NCBI GenBank assembly: GCA_027729635.1
Contig: JAQCEM010000010.1
Location: 422-64,421, forward strand
Length of the DNA stretch: 64,000 bases
From: Actinomycetota bacterium
GTDB taxonomy: Bacteria > Actinomycetota > Acidimicrobiia > Acidimicrobiales > Ilumatobacteraceae
Direction: 5' to 3'
Positions 44,295-53,991 of the stretch are shown piece after piece; positions within the stretch are counted from its first letter, which is position 1; each line of letters opens with the position of its first letter. The translations under genes and the position numbers were made by a program. The notes under the pieces were generated by a model. It had not been told where the DNA came from. It saw nothing but the letters and a program-made list of their open reading frames with translations, and made no database searches.

Positions 44295-44810
44295 TTATGG
44301 CTCTGGTGGGCACTCGCCCCACAGTCCGGTTCGGGTTGATCGTGCGAGTTGGCTCTGACCGGCAAATTGGGCAGTAAACGCAGTGTTTGGGGCGATTGAT
44401 AATGGGCGGGCATAACCATTCACAATGAGGTATTCATTGACGAAGAGACGATCGGAGGTGCGATAGACATAACCCAAAAGTCGCCCATACGGGTCTCGGG
44501 CCTCGATATCGCGTTGCACCAATACAGGGGTGCCGACTGGCAAAAGCTCTTTGATGCGATCGGTGGCCTCGGGACCAAAACACTCAAGCGGGGAATCGGG
44601 CTTCTTTGTTTCGGGAGTATCAATACCAATCAGTCGCACGCGTTCGGTGTGACCATTCATGGAGACATCAATGGTGTCGCCGTCAATGACTTTCACGATG
44701 CGACCATTTGCTCCTTCGGGAAGAGGCGATTCACTTGGTGAACAGTTGCTCAAAATCAAACAGGTCAGGACTACGCCGAGTCCTGACCTGTTAATGAATT
44801 TCATTTTCAT
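44295..44810 (-). CDS. secreted thermonuclease (staphylococcal nuclease homologue), probable lipoprotein
   Basis: Signal peptide and Cys (VLTCLILSNCS). SNase motifs VIDGDTIDV, RVRLIGIDTPE and RDPYGRLLGYV. Confidence 0.85.
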   Translation of the reverse strand: MKMKFINRSGLGVVLTCLILSNCSPSESPLPEGANGRIVKVIDGDTIDVSMNGHTERVRLIGIDTPETKKPDSPLECFGPEATDRIKELLPVGTPVLVQRDIEARDPYGRLLGYVYRTSDRLFVNEYLIVNGYARPLSIAPNTAFTAQFAGQSQLARSTRTGLWGECPPEP

Positions 44811-44865
44811 AACCCCAGTGTGGGAAAAGAAAACTTTTGAGCGGTTATGAATTTGGATGATTAGT

Positions 44866-46107
44866 TCAGAGACGCTCGATCAGCGTTCCGGTGCCAAGGC
44901 CACCACCGCAGCACATGGAGATCAATCCGTAACGACCACCAGTGCGCTCAAGTTCATAGAGAGCCTTGGTGGTCAGAATTGTGCCGGTGCTTCCGAGTGG
45001 GTGGCCTAAAGCAATTGCTCCACCATTCGGGTTGGTCTTTTCAAGATCGGCACCGACCTCTTTGGCCCATGCCAACACAACTGAAGCAAATGCTTCGTTG
45101 ATTTCGAAAGTATCGATTTGGTCGATGGTGAGGTTGTTGCGCTCAAGCAAACGCTTGGTGGCATCGATGGGGCCAGTCAACATGAGTACTGGGTCAACGC
45201 CGACGAGGCAACTATCAACAATGCGCGCACGCGGCTTGAGACCAAGCTCTTTGGCTTTTTCTTCGGTCATCATCAAGATGGCGCTGGCACCATCGGAAAT
45301 TTGTGATGAGTTGCCAGCGGTGTGCACGCCGTTTTCGCGAGCGACTGGCTTGAGCGACGCGAGTGATTCGAGCGTTGTGTCGCGCATACCTTCGTCGCGG
45401 GCAACTGCATGAGTTGAACCAGTTGGCTTGCCATCGGCATCGAGATCGGGTGCATTGACGGTGATGAACTGACCATCAAAACGACCTTCGGCCCACGCGC
45501 GCGCGGCGCGCTGTTGCGACTGCATTCCGAAGTTGTCGGTATCGGTACGGGTGATATTCCACAAGTCTGCAATGCGCTCGGCACCTTCAAACTGTGAAGT
45601 GAATTCGTAATGTTCGAAGTAGCTCTTGCTCACGGCCTTACCAAGTGAAACTTCAGCCTTGGTCTTGGGATCTTTGGTGAATGCGTTTGAGTTACTGCCG
45701 ATCGGGACGCGACTCATTGACTCGACACCGCATGCAACTGCAATATCAACAACGCCCGATGAAATGAGTGAAGCAGCAAGACCAGTTGCTTGCTGACTTG
45801 ATCCACACTGTGTATCAACAGTGGTGCACGCAGTTGTGAGCGGAAGACCTGCCGACAACCATGCGGTGCGAGTGACGTTAAAGCTTTGTGCGCCAACTTG
45901 GCTGACGTTTCCACCAACGACCTGCTCAATTTTGGACGGGTCAATGCCGGTGCGCTCGACGATGGCCTTTTGCACCAAACCAAGAAGGTCGGTGGGGTGC
46001 AAAGTGGACAAGCCACCGTTCTTGCGGCCAATGGGTGTGCGGACGGCGTCGACAATAACGACGGTGCGGCCGGTGTTGGGGGTGTTGGAGTTAGACATAG
46101 TGGTCAT
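44866..46107 (-). CDS. acetyl-CoA C-acyltransferase (thiolase)
   Basis: VVIVDAVRTPIGRKNG, the active-site Cys context TVDTQCGSSQQA, NPNGGAIALGHPLGSTG and MCCGGGLGT. The start is taken at ATG 46107 or 46098, not the tracked 46296. Confidence 0.9.
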   Translation of the reverse strand: MTTMSNSNTPNTGRTVVIVDAVRTPIGRKNGGLSTLHPTDLLGLVQKAIVERTGIDPSKIEQVVGGNVSQVGAQSFNVTRTAWLSAGLPLTTACTTVDTQCGSSQQATGLAASLISSGVVDIAVACGVESMSRVPIGSNSNAFTKDPKTKAEVSLGKAVSKSYFEHYEFTSQFEGAERIADLWNITRTDTDNFGMQSQQRAARAWAEGRFDGQFITVNAPDLDADGKPTGSTHAVARDEGMRDTTLESLASLKPVARENGVHTAGNSSQISDGASAILMMTEEKAKELGLKPRARIVDSCLVGVDPVLMLTGPIDATKRLLERNNLTIDQIDTFEINEAFASVVLAWAKEVGADLEKTNPNGGAIALGHPLGSTGTILTTKALYELERTGGRYGLISMCCGGGLGTGTLIERL

Positions 46108-46127
46108 CTTACGGTCATGCTCTAGGG

Positions 46128-46961
46128 GTGACCGATTCGCAGCAACCCGCATCCTTTGGCCCAGGTTCGATTTCGCGCCCTTCGCGCTTTCTGCCCTCAA
46201 TGAAACCCGCGCCCGATCTGGTTGGACATCGGTATTTTCACGTTGTTGAATCAAAGGTCTGGATTCATGATGAGGCCGTCGAGACTGACTATTCAACCCA
46301 TTTCTTAGGAATGCTGGATGGACATGCTTGTTGGGGCGTCGATGTGCCTCGGGGAAACGACCCGTCAGATGGCGGAGCGCTTGATCTCTTTAGTTTGTTT
46401 GGACGTGCTCCCGAAGAAGATTGGCTAGTCGCCGGTCGAGCCGTTCAATTAGTTGAGTGGGCTCGCACGCATCGGTTCTGTGGTCGTTGCGGTGAAGCCA
46501 CCGAGCCAGCCCGTGGTGAGCGCGCTATGCGTTGCCCAGCGTGTGGTCTCGTGAACTTCCCGCGACTTGCTCCAGCAATGATCACATTGGTGACGCGCGG
46601 TGAACCTGGACCCGATCAAGAAGCATTGCTTGCGCAAGGCGTGCAATTTCGCGGACCGATGTATAGCTGCCTCGCTGGGTTTGTTGAGCCAGGTGAAACT
46701 CTTGAAGGTGCTGTTGTGCGCGAAGTCTTTGAAGAAGTTGGCGTGAATGTTGGGACCGTGAAGTACATGGGTAGTCAACCGTGGCCGTTCCCGCACAGTT
46801 TGATGTTGGGCTTTCGTGCCGAGTGGGTGAGTGGTGACATCGTGTGTGATCCCACCGAAATTTTGGACGCGAATTGGTATCGCAAAGATGCCCTGCCAAA
46901 TATTCCTCCTGGAATTTCGATTGCCCGCAAACTGATTGATGCTTGGCTCAACGAAGGTTAA
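46128..46961 (+). CDS. nudC: NAD+ diphosphatase (NADH pyrophosphatase)
   Basis: Zinc ribbon FCGRCGEATEP....MRCPACG. Nudix box GFVEPGETLEGAVVREVFEEVGV, then the NudC-type SQPWPFPHSLMLGF. Confidence 0.85.
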   Translation: MTDSQQPASFGPGSISRPSRFLPSMKPAPDLVGHRYFHVVESKVWIHDEAVETDYSTHFLGMLDGHACWGVDVPRGNDPSDGGALDLFSLFGRAPEEDWLVAGRAVQLVEWARTHRFCGRCGEATEPARGERAMRCPACGLVNFPRLAPAMITLVTRGEPGPDQEALLAQGVQFRGPMYSCLAGFVEPGETLEGAVVREVFEEVGVNVGTVKYMGSQPWPFPHSLMLGFRAEWVSGDIVCDPTEILDANWYRKDALPNIPPGISIARKLIDAWLNEG

Positions 46962-46990
46962 TGTGTAGAGCAATTAGCTTGTGATCAGGT

Positions 46991-49042
46991 TTGGGGGACA
47001 TGATGAAGCAGTTGAGAAAAGTCGTTGGACTTTCGGCACTGGCAACTCTCGTAATTGTTGGTGTTTCGTGTAGCTCGGGTGATTCTGATGGCTCAGAAAA
47101 AACCTCAGCCACGACTGCGGTGGTTGACTCAACGGTGGCTCCCGACTCAGAAGTGGATTCGGATTCGAGTCTGCTTGCAGGATCCGCGAGTGCCTCAGTG
47201 CTGCCGACGGTAAATGGTACGACTGATTATTTGTCAGAGGCTCCTGGTTGGAATGGAGCGACTCTTGACCCTAATGACATTGGCGTTTATGTGGAGTCAT
47301 TTGATCAAGGTTCAGTTGATGTGGGCAATGGTTCGGATAATGCCAGTTGGGTACACGACGACATTCAAGCAACGGCGTTAGCCCTTGACAATGATGGTGA
47401 ACGCGCCATCGTGGTTGCCGTCGATGTGTACTTGATTATCTCCGGTGACAGTGATGAGATTGTGCGTCGGGCCAGGGAGCTACTGCCTGAAGATTGGCAG
47501 GAGGTCCCAATCTTGATTAACGCCACTCATAATCATCATGGCCCAGATTCGGTGTTTTCGATTAACGATGATTGGTATTCGCATATGGCTGATGTTGTCG
47601 CTGGGGTCGTTGTTGCGGCGGTTGCCGACCTTCGGCCGGCAACCGCAACAGCCATTTCTGGTGAGCATCGGTTTGGCATGAATGACAGTCGTGACCCGGT
47701 TGTGTTTGATCCACGCCTGAATGTTCTCAACTTAACAAGTTCTGTTGACCAGTCGGCGATTGCCACAGTTGTTCAGTGGAGCGCTCATCCAGAGGTCACT
47801 CTTGGATGGAACCCACCTGATGTGCCCAATCTTGATGCCATTTGCTTGGAAAAAGGTTGGGATGCCGATTCATGTTCGGCCGAGGGTCGTTACCTCACCG
47901 CGGATTACCCAGGTGTCTTGCGTGAACGACTACAAGTAGCGGGATTTGGCGAGATTTTGTATCTCAATGGGGCGCTTGGTAATCAGGTGGGTCCAGGTGG
48001 ATCTGACATATGGAATGTCACGACAGCCCATCCCATTGGTGACGGATGGAATGCACCGATGGGAGCCGAACCGGTAGCGGGCTGTGAGGATTTACGTTGT
48101 CGTAATTTGGCGCGTACTGAGGCCATTGGAGCTCAACTAGCGCAGGCTGTGACTGATTTGCTTGATCGGGCTGAAGCGATCACCATCAGCAAGGTTGCCT
48201 TTAAGACAGAATCTTTTTACACCAATCTGACCAACATCGGCTTCCGTTTGCTCATCGCCGACGGTGACTTGGCATGGCAGGATCCAGTGTTATTCGTTTG
48301 TGAGGAGGGCCTGCCAAAGACAGACGCGACCTGTGTGAGCGATAACCGAGAACTTGAGACTGATCCAGTATTGACACCTTTAACTGATAGCGAAATACGA
48401 GTGGGGAATGTGTTAAAGACACGTATCTCATTCTTGGATCTTGGTTCAGTCGGCTTCATTTTTATGCCTGGTGAAATACCACCGGAATTGGTCATCGGTT
48501 TACCGGAAGATTTTGATACGAATACAGCCAAGTATTATCTCGATGCTCCCGGTATTCACGCAGAAGGGGTTGACTACGAGTTTCCGGGCTACTTGACGTT
48601 ATTGGTTGAGCGTGATGTGCTGTTTACGGTGGGTCTCGGAACTGAGGCACTTGGATACTGGGTTCCTGTGGCGGAGTACCGCTTGAAATGTCTTGAGATC
48701 GCGCTACCAGTTGGCGTCACCTGCGCCGATCTGAATGCGCGCGGCATTATTGAATACCCTGATGCGGTCGGCGGGTTGACATGCAAAAAGATCACAGATG
48801 ACGCAGCGGCTCTCGCTGCATACGGAGATGACGCAGCAGCAGTTGCTGCCGTTTGTCGCTACGGACAAGCGTTAGGTCGAGAGTTGGGTGAACCGGAGGG
48901 TCACTACGAAGAGACCAACGCTGCCGGCTGGGACCTCGTCGATGATATGTGGGATGCAGCGACCCGTTTGTTCGGCGCTCAGGGTTCTGGTCGAATCAAC
49001 CCTGATAACCCTGGATACACAATTCAATATCCACCAAACTGA
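46991..49042 (+). CDS. secreted lipoprotein, neutral/alkaline ceramidase-like hydrolase (tentative)
   Basis: Signal peptide and lipobox (LVIVGVSCSSG). The N-terminal half has D..ATALALDNDGERAIVVAVDV...ILINATHNHHGPDS, resembling the ceramidase block (..RA.v.....r.v.v..D........atHTHsGP). Confidence 0.45.
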   Translation: MGDMMKQLRKVVGLSALATLVIVGVSCSSGDSDGSEKTSATTAVVDSTVAPDSEVDSDSSLLAGSASASVLPTVNGTTDYLSEAPGWNGATLDPNDIGVYVESFDQGSVDVGNGSDNASWVHDDIQATALALDNDGERAIVVAVDVYLIISGDSDEIVRRARELLPEDWQEVPILINATHNHHGPDSVFSINDDWYSHMADVVAGVVVAAVADLRPATATAISGEHRFGMNDSRDPVVFDPRLNVLNLTSSVDQSAIATVVQWSAHPEVTLGWNPPDVPNLDAICLEKGWDADSCSAEGRYLTADYPGVLRERLQVAGFGEILYLNGALGNQVGPGGSDIWNVTTAHPIGDGWNAPMGAEPVAGCEDLRCRNLARTEAIGAQLAQAVTDLLDRAEAITISKVAFKTESFYTNLTNIGFRLLIADGDLAWQDPVLFVCEEGLPKTDATCVSDNRELETDPVLTPLTDSEIRVGNVLKTRISFLDLGSVGFIFMPGEIPPELVIGLPEDFDTNTAKYYLDAPGIHAEGVDYEFPGYLTLLVERDVLFTVGLGTEALGYWVPVAEYRLKCLEIALPVGVTCADLNARGIIEYPDAVGGLTCKKITDDAAALAAYGDDAAAVAAVCRYGQALGRELGEPEGHYEETNAAGWDLVDDMWDAATRLFGAQGSGRINPDNPGYTIQYPPN

Positions 49043-49075
49043 AAGATGAGACTGTCAACGACGTAGGGTTCGCCT

Positions 49076-49981
49076 ATGGCTTTCACAAAGAACTCACTTG
49101 GCAAATTAGGTATCTGGACCTTCCAGCTTGATATGCAGCCCATGAAAGAGGCGCAAAAGGTTGCGGCTCAAATTGAAGAACTGGGCTTTGGTGCGGTGTG
49201 GGTTCCAGAAGCCGTCGGTCGCGAACCATTCGCGTCATGCGGACTGTTGTTGTCGGCGACGGAAAAGCTCATCATGGCAACAGGCATTGCTTCATTGCAT
49301 GCTCGTTCGGCAATGACGATGGCGGCTGGTCAAAAAACATTGACCGAAGCTTTTCCCGATCGCTTCTTGTTAGGAATCGGCGTGAGTCATCAGCCAGCCG
49401 TTGAGGGATTTCATGGAGTGCCATATGGAAAGCCGTACTCAAACATGGTCGCGTACCTCGATGCGATGGATCGCAGTTTGTTCTTCGCGTCTAGTCCAAC
49501 TGAACCGACCGCTCGTTGCCTCGCTGCGCTTGGTCCGAAGATGCTGAAGTTGTCGGCTGAGCGAACCTTGGGTGCGCATCCTTATTTCGTTCCGGTGGAA
49601 CACACGCCAATCGCGCGTGCAGCTCTCGGGCCTGATGCATTGCTGGCGCCCGAACAAGCAGTCGTCTTCTCAACCAATGCCGAAGAGGCTCGCGCGGTTG
49701 CACGTGGCCACATGTCGACATACATGGGACTTCCGAACTACACCAACAACCTGCGTCGTTTGGGTTGGGGAGACGGAGACCTCAACACCGCAAACGGTCC
49801 GTCAGACAAATTGGTTGACGCGATTGTTGCTTGGGGTTCCCTTGACGATATCCACGCACGCATTAAGGCCCATTTAGATGCTGGCGCCGACCATGTGAGC
49901 ATTCAGGTGTTGTCGGCCAATCCGGCTGCTGTCACCATGAACGAATTCAAAGAACTCGCCAGTCTTATTCCGAGTCTCTGA
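49076..49981 (+). CDS. LLM-class (luciferase-like) F420/flavin-dependent oxidoreductase
   Basis: 301 aa. LGKLGIWTF......AQKVAAQIEELGFGAVWVPEA, LGIGVSH and the TIM-barrel pattern are typical of TIGR03620-like LLM proteins. Confidence 0.8.
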   Translation: MAFTKNSLGKLGIWTFQLDMQPMKEAQKVAAQIEELGFGAVWVPEAVGREPFASCGLLLSATEKLIMATGIASLHARSAMTMAAGQKTLTEAFPDRFLLGIGVSHQPAVEGFHGVPYGKPYSNMVAYLDAMDRSLFFASSPTEPTARCLAALGPKMLKLSAERTLGAHPYFVPVEHTPIARAALGPDALLAPEQAVVFSTNAEEARAVARGHMSTYMGLPNYTNNLRRLGWGDGDLNTANGPSDKLVDAIVAWGSLDDIHARIKAHLDAGADHVSIQVLSANPAAVTMNEFKELASLIPSL

Positions 49982-50027
49982 TTCGGGGTCTCTGATTCGG
50001 GGTCTCTGATTCGGGGTCTCTGATTCG
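49974..50027. repeat. 14-bp direct tandem repeat, 3.9 copies (GTCTCTGATTCGGG), filling the spacer between convergent genes
   Basis: GTCTCTGATTCGGG occurs 3 times perfectly, plus GTCTCTGATTCG. The first unit contains the TGA stop of 49076..49981. The array ends 3 nt before the stop of the TetR gene. Confidence 0.9.
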
Positions 50028-50030
50028 TAA

Positions 50031-50663
50031 CTAGTGGCCAGTTAACGCGCCGTACAGCAAAGTAGCCAAGGTGTTGCGAATGGCATCACGATTGGCACCG
50101 CGCTTGGCCATTTCGGGTTGAAACGCCAACAATCGTTCACACATCGCAACAACAGCTGCAGCCGTTGTGAACGGGTCAAGTGATTCGGGAAGCCGCTTGG
50201 AAGCGACTCCTTCTGAGACCATTGCTTGTAGCGCATCCATCACGAGCAAGTTGGCTTCGGTGCGTACGGCTCGGAAGTGACGGTTACCTTCTTCGGCCTT
50301 TAAGTTGCGGGCACGAAGCACTGCATGGTGGTTGTCCCAGAAGGCCATGTAGGCATCAACAAATTGACCAGCCCGCTCAAGTCCATCTGGTGCATTCCAA
50401 CCTGGTTGCAGCAATGCAACTAATGGTTTTTCGTCGTCGGTTGCTTCTTTGGCAAGTTCAAGAATGGCCTCATCAACATCATTGAAGTACTGATAAAAAG
50501 TTGCCGGTGAAGAACCGATGTCGCGCGATATATCGACAACGCGCAGATCAAGAATTCCTTGTTCATCCAGCAACTTTGCTGTTGCATCAAGGAGTTTTCG
50601 GCGAGTTACTAAAGCACGAGATCCGATGACTCGACCGTCGGCGGCAAATACATCATCACTCAT
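50031..50663 (-). CDS. TetR/AcrR family transcriptional regulator
   Basis: N-terminal HTH: TRRKLLDATAKLLDEQGILDLRVVDISRDIGSSPATFYQYFNDVDEAIL. Helical ligand domain. Last gene of a 5-6 gene minus-strand operon. Confidence 0.85.
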   Translation of the reverse strand: MSDDVFAADGRVIGSRALVTRRKLLDATAKLLDEQGILDLRVVDISRDIGSSPATFYQYFNDVDEAILELAKEATDDEKPLVALLQPGWNAPDGLERAGQFVDAYMAFWDNHHAVLRARNLKAEEGNRHFRAVRTEANLLVMDALQAMVSEGVASKRLPESLDPFTTAAAVVAMCERLLAFQPEMAKRGANRDAIRNTLATLLYGALTGH

Positions 50664-51565
50664 CAGTTAGCACCGTACACGGGTGCGGGCTTCGGTGCCT
50701 CGCGAATGAGGTCGGCAACAACTGCACCAATCTCGGCAGGTTCGTAACGCGCACCCTTATTGAAGGGTGCGCCATGTTGCCAGCCATCGGCAACAGAAAG
50801 TTCGCCGCCGACTGTTTCAAACATGCGTCCTGAGATTTCACATGCTGATGAACCTAGCCACACAACGACTGGGCTCACATTGGCAGGGTCCATGGCATCG
50901 AAGCCAGACTCGGGCTTCTTCATCATGTCAGCAAACGCTTCTTCAGTCATTCGGCTACGTGCTGATGGCGCAATGCCGTTGATCTTCACGCCGTAACGAT
51001 CAAGTTCGGCGGCAGCCACGATGGTGAACGAAGCGATACCGGCTTTGGCTGCTGAATAGTTGGCTTGTGACACGCTGCCGAAGAGTCCCGCGCCAGACGA
51101 TGTGGTGACAACACGGGCATCAATCGGTGTGCCGGCCTTGCTCATGGCTCGCCAATAGTCAACTGCCTGGCGCACTGGACAGAACATGCCGCGTAAGTGA
51201 ACCTTCATCACGGCGTCCCATTCATCGACTGACATGTTCACAATCATGCGGTCGCGCACAATGCCAGCGTTACACACCAAGGTGTCGAGATGACCGAATG
51301 TGTCAATGGCTTGCTTGATCATGCGACCAGCACCATCCCAATCACTCACATCGTCGTCATTGACGATTGCATCGCCGCCGAGACTTTTGATTTCGGCAAC
51401 AACCTCGGCAGCAGGGGTGAGATCGTGTCCTTCGCCAGTGAGCGAAGCACCAACGTCGTTCACGACAACCTTGGCTCCTTCAGCAGCGAAAGCTAAAGCA
51501 TGAGCACGACCAAGACCGCGTCCAGCTCCAGTGATGATGACGACCCGTCCGTCGCAGATTCCCAT
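50663..51565 (-). CDS. SDR-family oxidoreductase (~300-aa type, multifunctional-enzyme-2 N-terminal-like)
   Basis: GRVVIITGAGRGLGRAHALAFAAEGAKVVVNDVG, NAGI and S...YSAAKAG. The stop overlaps the TetR start by 1 nt. Confidence 0.85.
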   Translation of the reverse strand: MGICDGRVVIITGAGRGLGRAHALAFAAEGAKVVVNDVGASLTGEGHDLTPAAEVVAEIKSLGGDAIVNDDDVSDWDGAGRMIKQAIDTFGHLDTLVCNAGIVRDRMIVNMSVDEWDAVMKVHLRGMFCPVRQAVDYWRAMSKAGTPIDARVVTTSSGAGLFGSVSQANYSAAKAGIASFTIVAAAELDRYGVKINGIAPSARSRMTEEAFADMMKKPESGFDAMDPANVSPVVVWLGSSACEISGRMFETVGGELSVADGWQHGAPFNKGARYEPAEIGAVVADLIREAPKPAPVYGAN

Positions 51566-51577
51566 GATGTACTTCTT

Positions 51578-52414
51578 TCAGCAGGTAATGCCGCCGTCGA
51601 TGACGACAATTGAGCCCGTCATGTAGCGACCTTCGTTAGATGCGATAAATGCAAAGAGATTGGCCATCTCATCGGGTTCGGCCTGATCCATAGGAGTCAT
51701 GATCTTTCCCATGAGCTTGTAGTCGGCATCGGCGGGAAGGCTCATGAATGAGTTAACGATGTTGGTATTCGTTCCACCTGGTGCAATGGCATTAACGCGT
51801 ACGCCTTTGCCGCGGTATTCATAGGCAAGCGCACGAGTGAGGTTGACGACTCCACCTTTGCTTGCACAATACGCAGCGCTCCAAGGCGCACCCATCAAGC
51901 CTGAGGTTGATGCAGTGTTCACAATGACTCCATCGTGACCAGTCTTGGCATATGTGTCAAGAAGATGGGGAAGCGCGTAGCGCGCCACATAGAAAGTGCC
52001 ATTGAGGTTGACCGACACGATGCGATCAAACCACTCGGGAGTTTCTTCGTGGCTGTTTGCGAAGTGTCCGATGCCAGCAATGTTGCACACGATGTCGAGA
52101 CCACCGAGTGCCTTGGCGGCTTTGTTGAGAACCTTCTCAACATCGACTGCCTTGGTGACATCAAGGTCGTAGGCGGTAGCGGTGCCGCCGGCCTTCTTGA
52201 TTTCAGCAGCTGTCTCTTTGGCCCCGCGAAGATCGGCCAGTGCAAGTTGGGCACCTTCGGCTGCGAAACGAAGAGCAGTCGCGCGACCAATGCCAGATCC
52301 TGCACCAGTAATGAAAATACGCTGACCCTTTAGGCGCTTATATGTCGGCGCAGGCTTGAGGGCGGCCTTCTTGGTCGGTGCCTTTTTTGCAGTTGCTTTC
52401 TTCGCGGTACTCAT
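51578..52414 (-). CDS. SDR-family oxidoreductase with a Lys/Ala/Pro-rich N-terminal tail
   Basis: ITGAGSGIGRA, NIAGI, S...YCASKGG, PG..NT. The N-terminus is MSTAKKATAKKAPTKKAALKPAPTYKR. Its ATG overlaps the upstream stop (ATGA), and there is no alternative in-frame start before the Rossmann motif. Confidence 0.85.
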   Translation of the reverse strand: MSTAKKATAKKAPTKKAALKPAPTYKRLKGQRIFITGAGSGIGRATALRFAAEGAQLALADLRGAKETAAEIKKAGGTATAYDLDVTKAVDVEKVLNKAAKALGGLDIVCNIAGIGHFANSHEETPEWFDRIVSVNLNGTFYVARYALPHLLDTYAKTGHDGVIVNTASTSGLMGAPWSAAYCASKGGVVNLTRALAYEYRGKGVRVNAIAPGGTNTNIVNSFMSLPADADYKLMGKIMTPMDQAEPDEMANLFAFIASNEGRYMTGSIVVIDGGITC

Positions 52415-53973
52415 GATGCTCCTCCGTAGGTAGCTCGTAGATCTTTCTTGAGAACTTTTCCGCTGGGGTTGCGCGGAAGTGCGGCAACAATTTCGAGTTG
52501 TTCAGGAATCTTGTGTACCGAAAGTTGTTGAGTCTTGAGAAAACTCACCATCTCGTCAAATGAAATTGTTGAATCTGCTTTGCACACGACAACCGCGCAC
52601 GCGCGTTCGCCGCTGTTCTTATCGGGCAAACCGATTACTGCAGCATCGGCAATTGCCGGATGAGCGAACAGCAGGTCTTCAATTTCTTTGGCTGAAATGT
52701 TCTCGCCCTTGCGGATGATGATGTCTTTTAAGCGACCAGTGATTGAGACGAATCCTTTAGCATCAATGACTCCGAGGTCGCCGGTCCTGAACCAGCCATC
52801 TTCGTCAAATGCATCGGCGTCAAGAGATGAATCTAAATAACCCTGACACACCTGGCGACCTTTAACGCGTAGTTCGCCTTCTTCGCCTGGAGCACAAACG
52901 CGACCATCAATGACGGTGCGCAGGGTGACACCAGGACACGGCCGACCATCGGTAAGAGCTTTCTTTTCATCAGGATCGTCAACGTGAATCATGGTGTTGA
53001 TGGGTGCTTCAGTGAGACCCCACCCGCCAATCAGCGGAGCACCAAATGCTTCCATCATTTCTGCGTTCAAGGTTTTTGGCTTAGGGGCACCGCCACCGTT
53101 AAAGATGCGGACATTGGGCAGTAGTCGTTCACCAACTGGTAGTTGACGTTGAGCGTTGAGGTAGGTCAACCAGAAAACAGTTCCGGCGCCGGCGCACGTT
53201 ACGCCATTTTCTCCCAACCACTTCGGTGTGTTTGCTGGATCAAAAGTTTCAACCATCAACAATTCAACGCCAGTTTGCATGGCATTGAAGAGCCACACCA
53301 GTCCACCGACGTGAGTGATAGGGAAGACCACCGCTGCTTTGTCGCTGGGTCCAACCTCCATGCTCCATTGCATTCCGTCATTTGCCGCCGACATGCTGTT
53401 GTCACTGTGTTTGGCGCCTTTGGGATCGGCGGTTGTTCCTGACGAATAAAAGAGCCAGCGAATTGCATCGAGGTCGGCTCGATATGTGGGTAAACCAATT
53501 GCGTCAGGGTCAGCCTCGGGTAGGTCGGGGTCAACCACGATGATCTCTACGTCTTGATCAAGTGTTGCGACCACTTCTTGAGCCATCGTCAAGTAATCAA
53601 AGCCACGGAAGACGTGCGGGACAATCAAAACCTTGCAGGTTGACTGCGTCGTGATGAACGTAACTTCACGATTGCGATAGATCGGCAAGATTGGGTTTTG
53701 AATGGCGCCCATACGGGACAATGCGCCAGTAAGAACGAGCGATTCAAAACGTGAAGGAAGCACCCATGAAACATTGGTGTTTTCGATGATTCCTTTTTGC
53801 GAAAGACCAGCGGCGACACGTTCGCACCAATTCTTGTATTCGCCGTACGTCATCGTGCGACCACTTTCGTCGAGTGCCATACGCTTGTCGGGTGTTACTA
53901 AGGCACGCTCTGAGATCAGTTGCCAGAGAGTCTTGCCCTCTGTCTCAATTGTGCCGGCAATATGCGAAGTCAT
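52411..53973 (-). CDS. AMP-dependent acyl-CoA synthetase/ligase
   Basis: AMP-binding motifs: LFYSSGTTADPKGA, GGWGLTE, FRTGDLG, ITGRLKDIIIRKGENISAKEIE, LPRNPSGKVLK. Confidence 0.85.
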   Translation of the reverse strand: MTSHIAGTIETEGKTLWQLISERALVTPDKRMALDESGRTMTYGEYKNWCERVAAGLSQKGIIENTNVSWVLPSRFESLVLTGALSRMGAIQNPILPIYRNREVTFITTQSTCKVLIVPHVFRGFDYLTMAQEVVATLDQDVEIIVVDPDLPEADPDAIGLPTYRADLDAIRWLFYSSGTTADPKGAKHSDNSMSAANDGMQWSMEVGPSDKAAVVFPITHVGGLVWLFNAMQTGVELLMVETFDPANTPKWLGENGVTCAGAGTVFWLTYLNAQRQLPVGERLLPNVRIFNGGGAPKPKTLNAEMMEAFGAPLIGGWGLTEAPINTMIHVDDPDEKKALTDGRPCPGVTLRTVIDGRVCAPGEEGELRVKGRQVCQGYLDSSLDADAFDEDGWFRTGDLGVIDAKGFVSITGRLKDIIIRKGENISAKEIEDLLFAHPAIADAAVIGLPDKNSGERACAVVVCKADSTISFDEMVSFLKTQQLSVHKIPEQLEIVAALPRNPSGKVLKKDLRATYGGAS

Positions 53974-53991
53974 TGTTGTGATTTCCGATTT

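Noticed and set aside
46108-46296. Extension of the thiolase ORF to 46296, and extension of the surE ORF to 60573
   Set aside because: The conserved thiolase N-terminus (VVIVDAVRTPIG) follows ATG 46107/46098, and the longer form overlaps nudC. For surE, the signal peptide starts at ATG 60690, and the longer form overlaps the TauE-family gene start.
47150-47180. tRNA-like T-loop strings (GGATTCGGATTCGAGTC at ~47157; GATTCGAAGGAG at ~221)
   Set aside because: There is no flanking acceptor or anticodon stem complementarity. The first lies inside a well-supported CDS (the Asp/Ser-rich linker). I found no tRNA or rRNA gene in the window.
49974-50027. CRISPR array?
   Set aside because: The 14-bp units are directly adjacent with no spacers, there are only about 4 copies, and no cas genes are present. 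It is a simple tandem repeat.
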